Shown here in pieces: positions 19,425 through 27,865 of a DNA stretch of 64,000 bases; position 1 is the stretch's first letter; every line of letters starts with the position of its first letter. Where the stretch lies: NCBI GenBank assembly GCA_965217585.1, contig OZ244561.1:2560001-2624000 (forward strand), in the 5' to 3' direction. The notes beneath the pieces are model-generated. The model was not told where the DNA came from and ran no database searches. It worked only from the letters and a program-made list of their open reading frames with translations. The DNA is from Candidatus Latescibacterota bacterium. Its GTDB lineage: Bacteria; Latescibacterota; UBA2968; UBA8231. A program made the translations under genes and the position numbers.

Positions 19425-19610
19425 GCGGCAAAATTCCCTCCAGCCGCCGTGTCTTTCTTCCACCTGACGTAAAGGAGCGGGATCCATCTGGTGCAGGCGG
19501 CGGAGCAAGTGCCCGATGGTCCGGGCAAGGCCGAGACGCTGGGGCGGTGGGACCGAGGGCCAGACCGCGGGCAGAGGTTGGCCCGACACCCGAGTCATCA
19601 AGACGTGTAT
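19425..19610 (-). pseudogene. Aminoglycoside phosphotransferase (APH)-like gene fragment
   Basis: VLMTRVSGQPL..VW......RLGLARTIGHLLRRLH resembles the APH hinge/helix region; no start or catalytic HGD motif is present. Confidence 0.45.
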
Positions 19611-19617
19611 GAGATCG

Positions 19618-19681
19618 CATCAATTCGGCTTGCAGGATGCGCTCGGCCAGGTCCTTGGTCACTGCTTGAGGAGACCGTCCT
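19618..19681 (-). pseudogene. IS256-family transposase N-terminal fragment
   Basis: DGLLKQ/TKDLAERILQAEL (one frameshift) resembles the IS256 GLLKQLTKALVERAL.AEL motif. Confidence 0.5.
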
Positions 19682-19731
19682 TATTGACTCGTATAGTGAT
19701 CGGTTTCGTTTCCATACACGTCAGGCCGCCG

Positions 19732-21447
19732 TCACTGGCTCGGCTGAACGATCCCGCTTCCCTCGCGAATCACCAGAACCCTGTTGGCGGACAGATCTTC
19801 AACGCTTTCGACCAGACCGCTCGGCCAGAATACTTCCAGCCGGTCTACAGTAGTGCACTCGCCCAGGCCGAAGTGGACCCTCGAGTCGTTCTGCGATAGA
19901 TAGCTCGAACCGCTCCGCACCTCATCGACCTGCGTCACGTCCCCGCAGCGGAGTTTTACCCGAGCGCCGATGCCGTCCCTGTTGCTCTCGGTGCCTTCCG
20001 TCCGGACTATCAGATAGTTGTTTCGATCACCCCCGTCGTTGCGCAGCAGCGTCGGGAGATCGTTGAGCTCCAGGACGAATATGTCGAGGTCGCCGTCCTC
20101 ATCGTAATCCCCGAAGGAAGCGCCCCTGCTTACCTTCTCGATCTGCAGTCCCGCGCCCGAGGTCAGGGACACTTCGGCAAAGGTGCCATCCCCCATATTC
20201 TCGAACAGCTGATTTGTCTGGGCATAGCTGACTCCCAGGTTCGCCCTGTCGACCTGCGGATAGACATGGCCGTTGGCGACGAAAAGATCCTTGTCACCGT
20301 CGTTGTCGTAGTCGAAGAACCCGGTGCCCCAAGCGAGGAAGTGGAAGCTTGCCAACCCCACTCCCGCATCGAAAGTGAGATCCGAGAAAAACCGCCCTCC
20401 GTCGTTGTGATACAGGGTGTTCGTCTCTTCCCAGAAGTTGGTGACCAGTATGTCTGGATACGCGTCGTTGTCGTAGTCCCCGAAGGCGATGCCCATGCAT
20501 CCCTGTGGCTGGCCGCCTTCGTCGTATGCCGCACCCTTCATCCAAGCCACGTCGGTAAAGGTCCCGTCGCCCCTGTTCTCGTAGAGATAGTTGGGCCCCG
20601 TATCGTTGGCCACGTAAACATCCGAATCGCCGTCATTGTCGTAGTCTCCCGCAACTACACCGAGTCCGTACAGCATGTCGCGATCCACAAGACCGGCTAC
20701 GGCAGTCGCATCGGAAAAGACGCCCTCGCCCTCGTTGCGGTAGAATACGTCCGCCTCCCCCCGCATCCCGTGCGGTCCGAAATGGACGGTCAACCCCCGC
20801 CACTCGTGCCTCCTGTCGGGAGTGGTTTCCATGAAATGATCGAAATCGACGTAGTTCGCCACATACAGGTCGAGATCGCCATCGCGGTCGTAGTCGAAGA
20901 AAGCACATCCGGTGCTGAATGGCTCCTCTCCGAAGACTCCGGCGCGCTGCGCGACATCGGCAAAGGCCCCATCTCCCCGATTTTCGTACAGCGCGTTGCT
21001 GCCGTAGTTGGTCACGTAGATGTCCGCATCCCCGTCGTTGTCGTAATCGGCGACGGCGCAGCCCATTCCCCAACTGGTGTCTCCGAGACCCGATTCTTCT
21101 GTGGCGTTCGAAAACGTCGCCCCCTCGTTTCGGTAGAGGGCATTGCGCGGACGATCCCGGCCGGGGAATCCTCCCACTCTCGACCCGTTCAGCACATACA
21201 GATCCAGGTCCCCGTCCCGGTCGTAGTCGAAGAAGGCCGACCCCCCCATGAAGGCATCGACCAGGTACTGCTGTTCGCCATCACCGGAGACGTTCATCAA
21301 GGTGACGCCGCCCTCTGCCGCGACATCGACAAACTGCACGCAGGTGTCGAGCACGAGCCCGTCGTCAGCGGCCTGCAAGCGGCCACAGGGGGAGATCGAG
21401 ATAAGAAAATAGAGCCCGGAGGTGTAGAGGCGAGATCCGCGAGCCAT
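19732..21447 (-). CDS. CRTAC1 family protein (FG-GAP repeats + ASPIC/UnbV domain)
   Basis: Many DYDxDGDxDLYV repeats; SNRDGIGARV, GSSYLSQND..VHFGLG, V.WPSG. Confidence 0.9.
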   Translation of the reverse strand: MARGSRLYTSGLYFLISISPCGRLQAADDGLVLDTCVQFVDVAAEGGVTLMNVSGDGEQQYLVDAFMGGSAFFDYDRDGDLDLYVLNGSRVGGFPGRDRPRNALYRNEGATFSNATEESGLGDTSWGMGCAVADYDNDGDADIYVTNYGSNALYENRGDGAFADVAQRAGVFGEEPFSTGCAFFDYDRDGDLDLYVANYVDFDHFMETTPDRRHEWRGLTVHFGPHGMRGEADVFYRNEGEGVFSDATAVAGLVDRDMLYGLGVVAGDYDNDGDSDVYVANDTGPNYLYENRGDGTFTDVAWMKGAAYDEGGQPQGCMGIAFGDYDNDAYPDILVTNFWEETNTLYHNDGGRFFSDLTFDAGVGLASFHFLAWGTGFFDYDNDGDKDLFVANGHVYPQVDRANLGVSYAQTNQLFENMGDGTFAEVSLTSGAGLQIEKVSRGASFGDYDEDGDLDIFVLELNDLPTLLRNDGGDRNNYLIVRTEGTESNRDGIGARVKLRCGDVTQVDEVRSGSSYLSQNDSRVHFGLGECTTVDRLEVFWPSGLVESVEDLSANRVLVIREGSGIVQPSQ

Positions 21448-21458
21448 CCGGTGTCAGC

Positions 21459-23066
21459 TCATGGTCCGTTCTCGTCTGCCGGCTCCAGCCGGCGAGAGAT
21501 CTCGAACTGCTCATCCGCTTCGTGGTACCTGCCCGTTTTCAGGTAGGCGTCGCCGAGACGGCGATGGTATTCGACATTGGCAGGGTCGAGAGCGATGGCG
21601 AGCTTGTACTCATTGATGGCGCTGATGTCCCGCCCCTGTCTGGAATACTGCATAGCGAGCTCGAAGTGAAACTGCGGATTGTCGGGGACCAGGGCGACGC
21701 TGCGTTCGAGTTCGGCGATGTTGCCTTCGCGCTGCTTCCGGAATATCTGCATCTCCCTCTCGCCCTCTTCGCGATTCCCCTGCTTGAAGTAGGCGTTGGC
21801 GAGACCGAAATGCGCTTCTGTGTTGAAGTAGTCGAGTCCGATGGCCTTCTCATACTCCGCGATCGCCTCTTCGGTTCTTCCGGTCCGGGCATACACAGCT
21901 CCTAGGGCGTAGTGGAAGAGCGTGTTGTCCGGCTCGCGCTCAATTGCCTGCCTGTACTGGTCTCCAGCTTCCTCGTATTTCCTGTTTCTGGAGTAAATCA
22001 TACCGAGGCGATAGCGCGTGTACGCGAGGTCGGGATCCACCGTCAGGGTCTTTCTGTACTGCACCGCCGCTTCCTCGTAGTTGCGCTGCCGCTCATAGGC
22101 CATGCCGAGGTTGTGCTGGAACCAGCCGTTGTCGGGGGCCAGCTCAACCGCCTTGCGGTGTTCCTTCACGGCGGCAGCGAGTTTGTCCTGGTCTGCCATT
22201 GCCGCTCCCAAGAGCACGTGTGACTGTTCGGTGTAGACGAGCCCCAGCTTGTCGTGCACATCTGCACGACGGGGGTCGAGCCCCAGGGTTGCGGCAAATG
22301 CGTCTGCCGCTTCGCTCAGTCTGCCGATGGCCATGTACGCTTTTCCCAGGACGTAGTGGACCGACGGTTCATTCTCGACCAGCTTTGCAGCCTGCTGCAG
22401 TTCTTCTATCGCTTTGGCGTATTCCTGTTCCTGAAGATAGATGGCTCCAAGTCGATAGCGAGAGGGGCCGTAGTCGGGCTTGAGCCGGAGCACAGTCTTG
22501 AAATGCTCCGCCGCCGCCGTCGGTTTTCCCTCCTGCGAGTAGATCATGCCGAGCCCGTGATGAGCGAGGAAGTACGTCGGCTCGGATGCGATCACTCTTT
22601 CGTAGGCATCCTTCGCTTTTTCGCGATCCCGGCGGATCAGGAAGATCTTGCCCAGCTTGTAGAGAGACGGCGCATAGTCGGGGTCGATCTCCAGTACTCT
22701 TTCGAATTCTGCCTCTGCCTCTCGGAATCTTTTCTGCAGAGCATAGATGAAACCAAGGCCGTCGCGCGGGCGAATGTCAGTCGGGTCGATCTCGATCGCT
22801 TTCCTGTACTCTCGCTCGGCGCTCTGGAAGTCACCGCTCTGCGCATGGCGCAGACCGAGTCTGTAGTGGTGTTCACTCTGTCGGGAGCTTTCCGTCGACA
22901 GCATTGGCGACGCCACGGGTCCGCCGGACTCCTGGCTGAGAAGCTTCTGGGGGCATACCAAAAAGCAGACAGCGAATGCCGCGCAGCCGACGCCACCGCG
23001 AGCTGTCCGTCGCCAGCATTGGCGACGCAACTCAGTGCTGGTCATGCTGAAAAAAGCGATTGTCAA
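21459..23066 (-). CDS. Tetratricopeptide repeat protein, probably secreted
   Basis: More than 10 TPRs (HYRLG..A..EY.KAIEIDP pattern); start overlaps the stop of the upstream gene. Confidence 0.9.
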   Translation of the reverse strand: MTIAFFSMTSTELRRQCWRRTARGGVGCAAFAVCFLVCPQKLLSQESGGPVASPMLSTESSRQSEHHYRLGLRHAQSGDFQSAEREYRKAIEIDPTDIRPRDGLGFIYALQKRFREAEAEFERVLEIDPDYAPSLYKLGKIFLIRRDREKAKDAYERVIASEPTYFLAHHGLGMIYSQEGKPTAAAEHFKTVLRLKPDYGPSRYRLGAIYLQEQEYAKAIEELQQAAKLVENEPSVHYVLGKAYMAIGRLSEAADAFAATLGLDPRRADVHDKLGLVYTEQSHVLLGAAMADQDKLAAAVKEHRKAVELAPDNGWFQHNLGMAYERQRNYEEAAVQYRKTLTVDPDLAYTRYRLGMIYSRNRKYEEAGDQYRQAIEREPDNTLFHYALGAVYARTGRTEEAIAEYEKAIGLDYFNTEAHFGLANAYFKQGNREEGEREMQIFRKQREGNIAELERSVALVPDNPQFHFELAMQYSRQGRDISAINEYKLAIALDPANVEYHRRLGDAYLKTGRYHEADEQFEISRRLEPADENGP

Positions 23067-25057
23067 TAGGCCACCGCAACGACACCGCTGCTAGTCGCCT
23101 TCTCTGACTGCACATCCACCACTAGCCGGTACAGATACACCCCCGGCGGCACCAGCTCGTTCGAGTCGTCCCGGCCATCCCACACGTGGCTGTACTCTCC
23201 CACCGGATCCTCCCCCTCATACACCCGCCTCACCAGCCGGCCCGACAGATCGTAGATCTCGATCGCTACCGGCACCGCAGAGGTCAACCGCAGCAGCTTG
23301 TACGATATGTTCACCACCTCATTCACCCCATCGCCGTTCGGCGTGAACGGATTCGGCGAGATCCGAGGCGAAAACACCAGCGATTCGCTCAGAGCCGTTC
23401 TCACCGACAAACGATCGCCTTCGATCTCATTGGTAGCATTGCCCGGCACGACCCGCTGCCGCACCTCGTGCGGCCTGGTCGTGTCGAACACTCTGCCTGC
23501 AAACAGGGTGCCCACTTCTCTCAGTACCGGAGCGGTGAACACCACCTCTACCAGCGCACCGCTGTCCGTCGACTCCAGCCGACGCGGGAGCAGAGCCTCA
23601 AACCCCAGACCGTCTTCGTGGATAGTCCACGAGAAATCCTCCTGATTGATGCCGGCTATGCGCAGCGAATCGACCGACACCACCCCTGAAGGCGTCGCGA
23701 TCTCCACCCCGTCAAAACTGCTGTCGGTGGACCGGATCGTCGGACTGATGTAATACGTAAATTGCGTCGTTTCGCCCACCTGGGTCTCGGTCGGGTGAAT
23801 CTCCCCTACCAGGCGGCGAACCAACGGCGGTACCGACGCCTTGAACTCTATGTAGTCGATCTTGCCCCCGTCTTCGACGGTGGTAGAGGCAAAATCCACT
23901 CTGATCTGGACGAACTTCCGCGGACCGGGGGATGCAATGGGGACCCCGGGATGCTCGAACGCATACGGACTCGAATAGAAGCTCCAGTGCTCCGTGTCGG
24001 GACGCACCCTGTCCTGCTCGTCTTCCGGTTTGAGGAAATCAGCCAGTTTGTCATACTGGCGCTTGTACTCCGTCAGACTCAGATCGCCGCCCCCTTGGAG
24101 AAACCTGACGATGTCCTGCTGCTCGGGGCGGGTCTCCCAGAAAATGACCGGCTGCGGGTCGGTACCGGCCCGGGTGCGGATCGCGACCTGGGCGTGGGGA
24201 TCCTGCCGTCCCGACCAGCGGATCTCGCCTAGACTGGCGATGTCGTCCAGTTCGATGACGTCGGATTCATATGAGGCCTTCCTCACGTACCCCCCCCCGT
24301 ACAACTCGAAAGCGGCCAGCCCGATCTCCTTGGGCGTTTGCCGAAGGATCCGCAACTGCACAAAGTTGGTCGTCACGGGTCGATCGAGCATCACGCTGAC
24401 TTCGGGTTCAGTATTGCCCTCTACCTCCACAACAGTTGGGAGATTCGGGACGTGTCCAATTATACCGTATCTCTCGTCGCTGACACCGATGACGAATTGC
24501 TCCAGGAAGTGATCCGACCTGTCCGCCAGAGGCCGCAGTCTCACCTCCCTGATGAGGAATCGTCCGCCTAGATCGAAATGCACTCTCAACGATGCACCGG
24601 GGTCGTTACAACAGGCGGCGCGAAAGTCGAGGGTCGCTTGATCTATGGCCTTCCATGTGTGCGCCGTACTCGGATCCTGATCGACCAGCAGGTTTCCGAT
24701 CGTCTGGTCGAAGTTGCTCCTACCAGCTTCCCGCTGCACTGCCACCCAGCCGTCTCTGCTCAACAGCGTTGCGGCGATATCCTCGTCTTCTGCGAAGAAA
24801 TTGGGCTGCAGTACGCTCGCCTGTAGCGAGTCCGGATCGAGGGCATCCTCCAGCTGCGAGTTTTCCGACCAGTCGAGCTCCCTGAAGTCGATGCCGATCC
24901 CCTCCAAGCTATCCTTTTCCGCCTCGGAAAAAGGCGTGCCGATGCGGTAGACGATCACGCCCGAAGCGTCGCGCGCATTGAGCGCGAGGGCAATTAAGGC
25001 AAGCAGGAACATTCCCGTCGTCATCTGGCAGAAAGATTTGGAGGAAACTGATACCAT
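23063..25057 (-). CDS. Secreted discoidin-like + CHU_C/FlgD-tail protein (paralog 4)
   Basis: FDLGGRF, LYGGGY, IRTRAG, WSFYSSPY, SPGPRKF, FTPNGDGVNE, IYDLSGR, WDGRDDS..VPPGVY, ends VAVAY. Confidence 0.8.
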   Translation of the reverse strand: MVSVSSKSFCQMTTGMFLLALIALALNARDASGVIVYRIGTPFSEAEKDSLEGIGIDFRELDWSENSQLEDALDPDSLQASVLQPNFFAEDEDIAATLLSRDGWVAVQREAGRSNFDQTIGNLLVDQDPSTAHTWKAIDQATLDFRAACCNDPGASLRVHFDLGGRFLIREVRLRPLADRSDHFLEQFVIGVSDERYGIIGHVPNLPTVVEVEGNTEPEVSVMLDRPVTTNFVQLRILRQTPKEIGLAAFELYGGGYVRKASYESDVIELDDIASLGEIRWSGRQDPHAQVAIRTRAGTDPQPVIFWETRPEQQDIVRFLQGGGDLSLTEYKRQYDKLADFLKPEDEQDRVRPDTEHWSFYSSPYAFEHPGVPIASPGPRKFVQIRVDFASTTVEDGGKIDYIEFKASVPPLVRRLVGEIHPTETQVGETTQFTYYISPTIRSTDSSFDGVEIATPSGVVSVDSLRIAGINQEDFSWTIHEDGLGFEALLPRRLESTDSGALVEVVFTAPVLREVGTLFAGRVFDTTRPHEVRQRVVPGNATNEIEGDRLSVRTALSESLVFSPRISPNPFTPNGDGVNEVVNISYKLLRLTSAVPVAIEIYDLSGRLVRRVYEGEDPVGEYSHVWDGRDDSNELVPPGVYLYRLVVDVQSEKATSSGVVAVAY

Positions 25058-25067
25058 TGAAAAGTTT

Positions 25068-25214
25068 TGCTTTAGCTGACAGGGGAGTAGTCTGTCGCCA
25101 GAATTGGCGACACATGGAGACCGGCTTGAGCGACGGGGCCTTGTGCCCTGAGAGCGATAGTCGATCTACGTAAGAGCGTGCGTAGCCTCAGAAGCTGTCT
25201 GCTTTAGCTGACAG
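25068..25214. repeat. 15-bp perfect direct repeat TGCTTTAGCTGACAG (25068-25082 and 25200-25214) with a TGTCGCCA/TGGCGACA hairpin between them
   Basis: Read directly; lies upstream of the 23063-25057 gene. Confidence 0.7.
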
Positions 25215-25331
25215 TAGTTCACGCAAGGATACAACAAAAACCCCGACCCCTCAAATTAAACTGGTCGGCCCACTAGTGCTCTGCCAATTGACGGTAACGA
25301 GACCTGAGCATGCGGCTGTAATCCGCGCCTT

Positions 25332-26402
25332 TCACTTCACCATCACCTGGTTCACCTTGACGCGCCGGGCCTTTCCCTTGGGTCCCTCGACATCAAGCGT
25401 AACCACGAACTCCCCCGGTTCCTTGTACTGGTGAATCGGGTGCTGTTCGGTCGAAGACGTGTCATCGCCGAAGTCCCACGACCACGACGTGATCTCTCCA
25501 CGGGACCGATCCGTGAAGGCGACCATCCGGCGGTCCATGTCGACCACCGTAAAGGTGTACTCCGCCTCGAGCGGCTTGAGGTACTCCGGCTCCAGCGGCA
25601 TCAATCGGAATGCGCACAGGTTCGAGGCGTCGCTGTCCATGCGCGTCTCGTGGGAAAGGTTCCAGAACCCCTCGTATTCCGTGTGGTCTTCGTCGAAATC
25701 GAGGACCGACCAGGACAGGGCGATCAGGCTGTTCTCCTCCAGCTTCGACACGGCTGCCCGCTCCGGGCCATCGTACGGAGCGTAGTCGAAGAGCGTGATC
25801 CAGAACTCCAGCACGAGCTTGCCGCTCTCCCCTTCCTCGAAATCGTACGAGTACGCGTGATTGGCGTACGGCAACCTGCCGATCCACGGCTGACACCCCC
25901 AGACGAACACCCAATCCCGTCCTTCCCCGGGAGGTGTGAAGATATGGTAGTTCTGGGCGTGCACTCCCTTGAACAGGAAGTGGCTTTCCCACGGGTCGTC
26001 GATCTGGGGGTTGGCAATGTTCGGCCCGCCGGACCGGTCCGCGTCGATGGCGATTTCGAACAAGTCACCGTATTTGTAGTACATATTCCAGTAGTCGTCG
26101 TACGCCTCGTAGAGGAAATAGAGCCGGTTCAGGCCTTTGACCCAACCGACGCGCACGGTGACGTCCAGGTCTTCGCGGTCGTAGTTGGTGAAGTTTCCCA
26201 TGACCGTGTCGGAAAGCTGGTCGGTTCCGTATGCGTAGCTGTCGGGTACCATCGTCCAGTCGTCGGTCTGGCCGTCGATGCGGGGAATCATGTTGGCGGG
26301 GAACTGGAAGATCTTGAATTCCGTGTTGGTTCGCTGCAGGGCCTGAGACGGTGAGATACCCAGCAGCACGGCCGCGGCGATTCCGCATGCTTGCTTGATC
26401 AA
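25332..26402 (-). CDS. Secreted CBM9/DOMON-like + PKD domain protein
   Basis: Signal peptide; PRIDGQTDDW, EIAIDADRSGG; PKD motif FTDRS.G.ITSWSWDFGD..STEQHPIHQY.EPG.F.VTL. Confidence 0.85.
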   Translation of the reverse strand: MIKQACGIAAAVLLGISPSQALQRTNTEFKIFQFPANMIPRIDGQTDDWTMVPDSYAYGTDQLSDTVMGNFTNYDREDLDVTVRVGWVKGLNRLYFLYEAYDDYWNMYYKYGDLFEIAIDADRSGGPNIANPQIDDPWESHFLFKGVHAQNYHIFTPPGEGRDWVFVWGCQPWIGRLPYANHAYSYDFEEGESGKLVLEFWITLFDYAPYDGPERAAVSKLEENSLIALSWSVLDFDEDHTEYEGFWNLSHETRMDSDASNLCAFRLMPLEPEYLKPLEAEYTFTVVDMDRRMVAFTDRSRGEITSWSWDFGDDTSSTEQHPIHQYKEPGEFVVTLDVEGPKGKARRVKVNQVMVK

Positions 26403-26435
26403 GTGTTCCCCCTTTCTAACGCGATAGACGGCGCG

Positions 26436-27683
26436 CTATTGATCCTTGAAGATCCCGATGCGGTGATTGGCCATTGACAGGAACCACTCCTCTCCCTCGT
26501 GGTACACCGGTAGATTGCTCGCCAGCTGATCGGGCATGTGGCATTCGGTACAGCGGTCGCCCTGCGCTAATTCGGGCTCTTCAGCGTGGGACTGCTCGTG
26601 ACAGGTCAGGCACTTCCGCGAAAACATCGCGGTCTTGTCCGTCTCGTCTTCGTGTACATTGTGGCAGGTGGAGCACGTCATGCTGCCCGACTCTTCAAAA
26701 CAGCGACTTTCCTGGAGGAACGGCACCTGCCCCCCGTGGACCGACAGCTTCTTCTGCTCCGCTTTCGCGTATATGCGATGCTCTGAGATTTCGTCTCCCG
26801 GACGGAATGACAGCGGCGGCGTTCTCAGAACGCCCTGCCCCGCATGGCACAGGGCGCAGGAAGAGATCTGTTGCGATCGACTCAGGCTGGCCGGGTTGAC
26901 GATGTGTCGGCCCTCCTCTGCTGCCGGGTTCTGCTCGTGGAAAGCAATGTGTTGGGCACCGGGACCGTGGCACTTGGCGCAGCTGATGCCTACCTCGAAG
27001 CTGTCGGGATGAAATCGAAACCCTGCCGGCGAGCCTACCGGCATGGCCGTCGCGGCGTGGCACTCTATGCAGCGTCCGCCGATCGGTCGTTGGTACAGCA
27101 TTCCCAGGCTTTTGTTCGGCAGATCCTCCCACAGAGTGATCCAGTTTTCATAGCCGGGCGCGAGCGTCCAAGTCTCTTCCGGGGTGAAGTACATCCCCGG
27201 CAGCTGGAACAGTCTGTCCCCCTCCCAGAACAGGTAGGTCTGCGCCCGCTCTCCAGAGCCCACCACGACCTGAAGGGGCTTGGTGAATGTCTCTGTCGTG
27301 TCCTTGGTGTACACAGCAGTCTGAAAAAACCCGCCCCTCCTCTCCTCCATCACGAATTGCAGGTCTGGCAGCAGCGTACGCGCGACATTGCGGCCTTCGC
27401 CGAAGTCGCCCATAACGGTCGCCTTGGTGGCGACAGTGGAAGTGAGGTAGTGCCCGGTCTTGACGTAGCTGTCGTAGATCGACCGATGACAGGGTCGGCA
27501 GGCTTCACTCGTGCTCGCCGCTCCCCGGAAAGCGTGAGGCGGGTCGACGGTCCCGTTTGCGAAATAGTTGAAGTAGAGCAGGGCGAAGCTGCCGAGAACC
27601 GCGGCAACCGCAACGGTCAAGCCCCACGCCTTAACACGCTTCATAGAAAGACTCCCCGATGACTGCCGAGCGACCGATGTCAC
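26436..27683 (-). CDS. Membrane-anchored multiheme c-type cytochrome (c554-like, 7 CxxCH); alternative start ATG 27644
   Basis: CRPCH, CIECH, CAKCH, CALCH, CSTCH, CLTCH, CTECH; VVGSG..AQTYL; ends NHRIGI. Confidence 0.9.
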   Translation of the reverse strand: MTSVARQSSGSLSMKRVKAWGLTVAVAAVLGSFALLYFNYFANGTVDPPHAFRGAASTSEACRPCHRSIYDSYVKTGHYLTSTVATKATVMGDFGEGRNVARTLLPDLQFVMEERRGGFFQTAVYTKDTTETFTKPLQVVVGSGERAQTYLFWEGDRLFQLPGMYFTPEETWTLAPGYENWITLWEDLPNKSLGMLYQRPIGGRCIECHAATAMPVGSPAGFRFHPDSFEVGISCAKCHGPGAQHIAFHEQNPAAEEGRHIVNPASLSRSQQISSCALCHAGQGVLRTPPLSFRPGDEISEHRIYAKAEQKKLSVHGGQVPFLQESRCFEESGSMTCSTCHNVHEDETDKTAMFSRKCLTCHEQSHAEEPELAQGDRCTECHMPDQLASNLPVYHEGEEWFLSMANHRIGIFKDQ

Positions 27684-27865
27684 TATCTCAGCAGCAGTAG
27701 TTTGCGCGTATCGACCTGCTTCCCTGCCTGCAGCCTGTATATATACACACCACTGGCCAGTTCACGTCCGTGCTGGTCCCGGCCGTCCCACGCGACCGAG
27801 TGATTCCCGGCATCCAAGACCGTGCGCAGCAATCTCCGGGCTTTCTGACCGGCGAGATTGTAGGT
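27683..27865 (-). pseudogene. Orphan FlgD/T9SS-type-A C-terminal tail in an alternative frame
   Basis: YNLAGQKARRLLRTVLDAGNHSVAWDGRDQHGRELASGVYIYRLQAGKQVDTRKLLLLR*; its TAG overlaps the GTG of the cytochrome gene. Confidence 0.8.

Noticed and set aside
20266-21546. Long antisense ORFs (also 31146-32738, 28726-29820, 1966-2997) and the same-strand overlapping ORF 50066-51781
   Set aside because: They shadow well-supported genes in GC-rich DNA and carry no recognisable motifs.
6322-25057. Diversity-generating retroelement acting on the paralogous surface proteins
   Set aside because: There is no reverse transcriptase and no template/variable repeat pair with adenine-specific differences.
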